Shown one piece after another: positions 63,292-64,000 of a DNA stretch of 64,000 bases (position 1 is the stretch's first letter; each line of letters begins with the position of its first letter). The stretch lies in contig NW_024704743.1 of assembly GCF_018977255.1 (NCBI RefSeq), positions 69,876,001-69,940,000 of the forward strand, in the 5' to 3' direction. The translations under genes and the position numbers were made by a program. The DNA comes from Callorhinchus milii. Taxonomy: Eukaryota. A model generated the notes under the pieces. The model had not been told where the DNA came from, did no database searches, and saw only the letters and a list, made by a program, of their open reading frames with translations.

Positions 63292-63876
63292 GTAAGTAAC
63301 TACAAAGATCTGCTTACTATTCTTCACAAGAGCTTAGTTTGTTATCTTAATGCCTCTTACACGTAAAGTACCACAGATTTGAGAGTGGTGACCTCAGCAG
63401 CACAATAATATGTTTTCGTGCTATCTGCATGAAGCTCTCTGTGCGTTTGTCTAGTTCTCACAAATTCAGTCCGATTTTCATTGTTTGCAATAGAATGAGG
63501 AACGGGCATTCAGCTCATAGAACTCACTCATTCCACAGAATGTCTAAAAGCAATCCTATCATGGATTCCACTTCACACACTCTTTAGTGAATGTTCTGCA
63601 TAGATACTATACTCCTTGATCCCCTTCAAAACTTCCAAAATATTTATCAATTCCCTCAGCTCTCTCTTCTTTCCTTCATAGCCAACATGCTCTCTTCCCC
63701 AGCCCCACCAGCACAGAACCCACTGTCCTGTAATTCTACCTCCCAGGCTGCAGCTATATCCTCAATAGTCTAAGCTAACACTCCAATGCAATGCTGAGGG
63801 TGGGAGGGTATTCCATTGTCAGAGGCGCCGTCTTTTGGATGAGACGTTAAACAAAGTCCCTTCTTCCTTATCTGTT

Positions 63877-64000
63877 ATAATAATAATAATAATCCTTGCA
63901 TTTGATACAGTGCTTTTCACGTCGGGAGGACATCCCAAGGTGCTTCACGGAACACACTGTAAAGTGAATTGACTGTATAATTGTGGGTGAACGCGGCAGC
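63877..64000 (-). mobile_element. SINE 3' end, running off the window
   Basis: (AAT)n-ccttgcatttgatacagtgcttttcacgtcgggaggacatccc; a + strand Deu fragment precedes it at about 63770-63860. Confidence 0.85.

Overview
Vertebrate genomic DNA, most likely from a cartilaginous fish (a holocephalan is plausible; inferred from the L2, CR1 and tRNA/Deu-SINE repeat mix). The window lies inside one + strand gene, PLCL2 (inactive phospholipase C-like protein 2 / PRIP-2). It holds two coding exons: a 2487-nt exon (29057-31543; PP1-docking motif, PH, EF-hand, X, Y and C2 domains) and a 201-nt exon (63091-63291), separated by a 31.5-kb phase-0 GT-AG intron. The first exon and the downstream exons are outside the window. 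The rest is intron, densely filled with 5'-truncated L2 LINEs (at least three 3'-tail variants), CR1 fragments, two tRNA-derived SINE types sharing the L2 3' hairpin, MITE-like palindromes, microsatellites and one A-tailed dispersed repeat I cannot classify. Nearly all short ORFs in the track are repeat-derived or spurious. I found no clearly novel multi-gene system. The best leads are a candidate in-frame 24-nt microexon, an inverted-repeat layout compatible with a stop-free circRNA of the large exon, a co-varying LINE/SINE 3' stem-loop, and the unclassified repeat. Repeat boundaries are approximate (read by eye).
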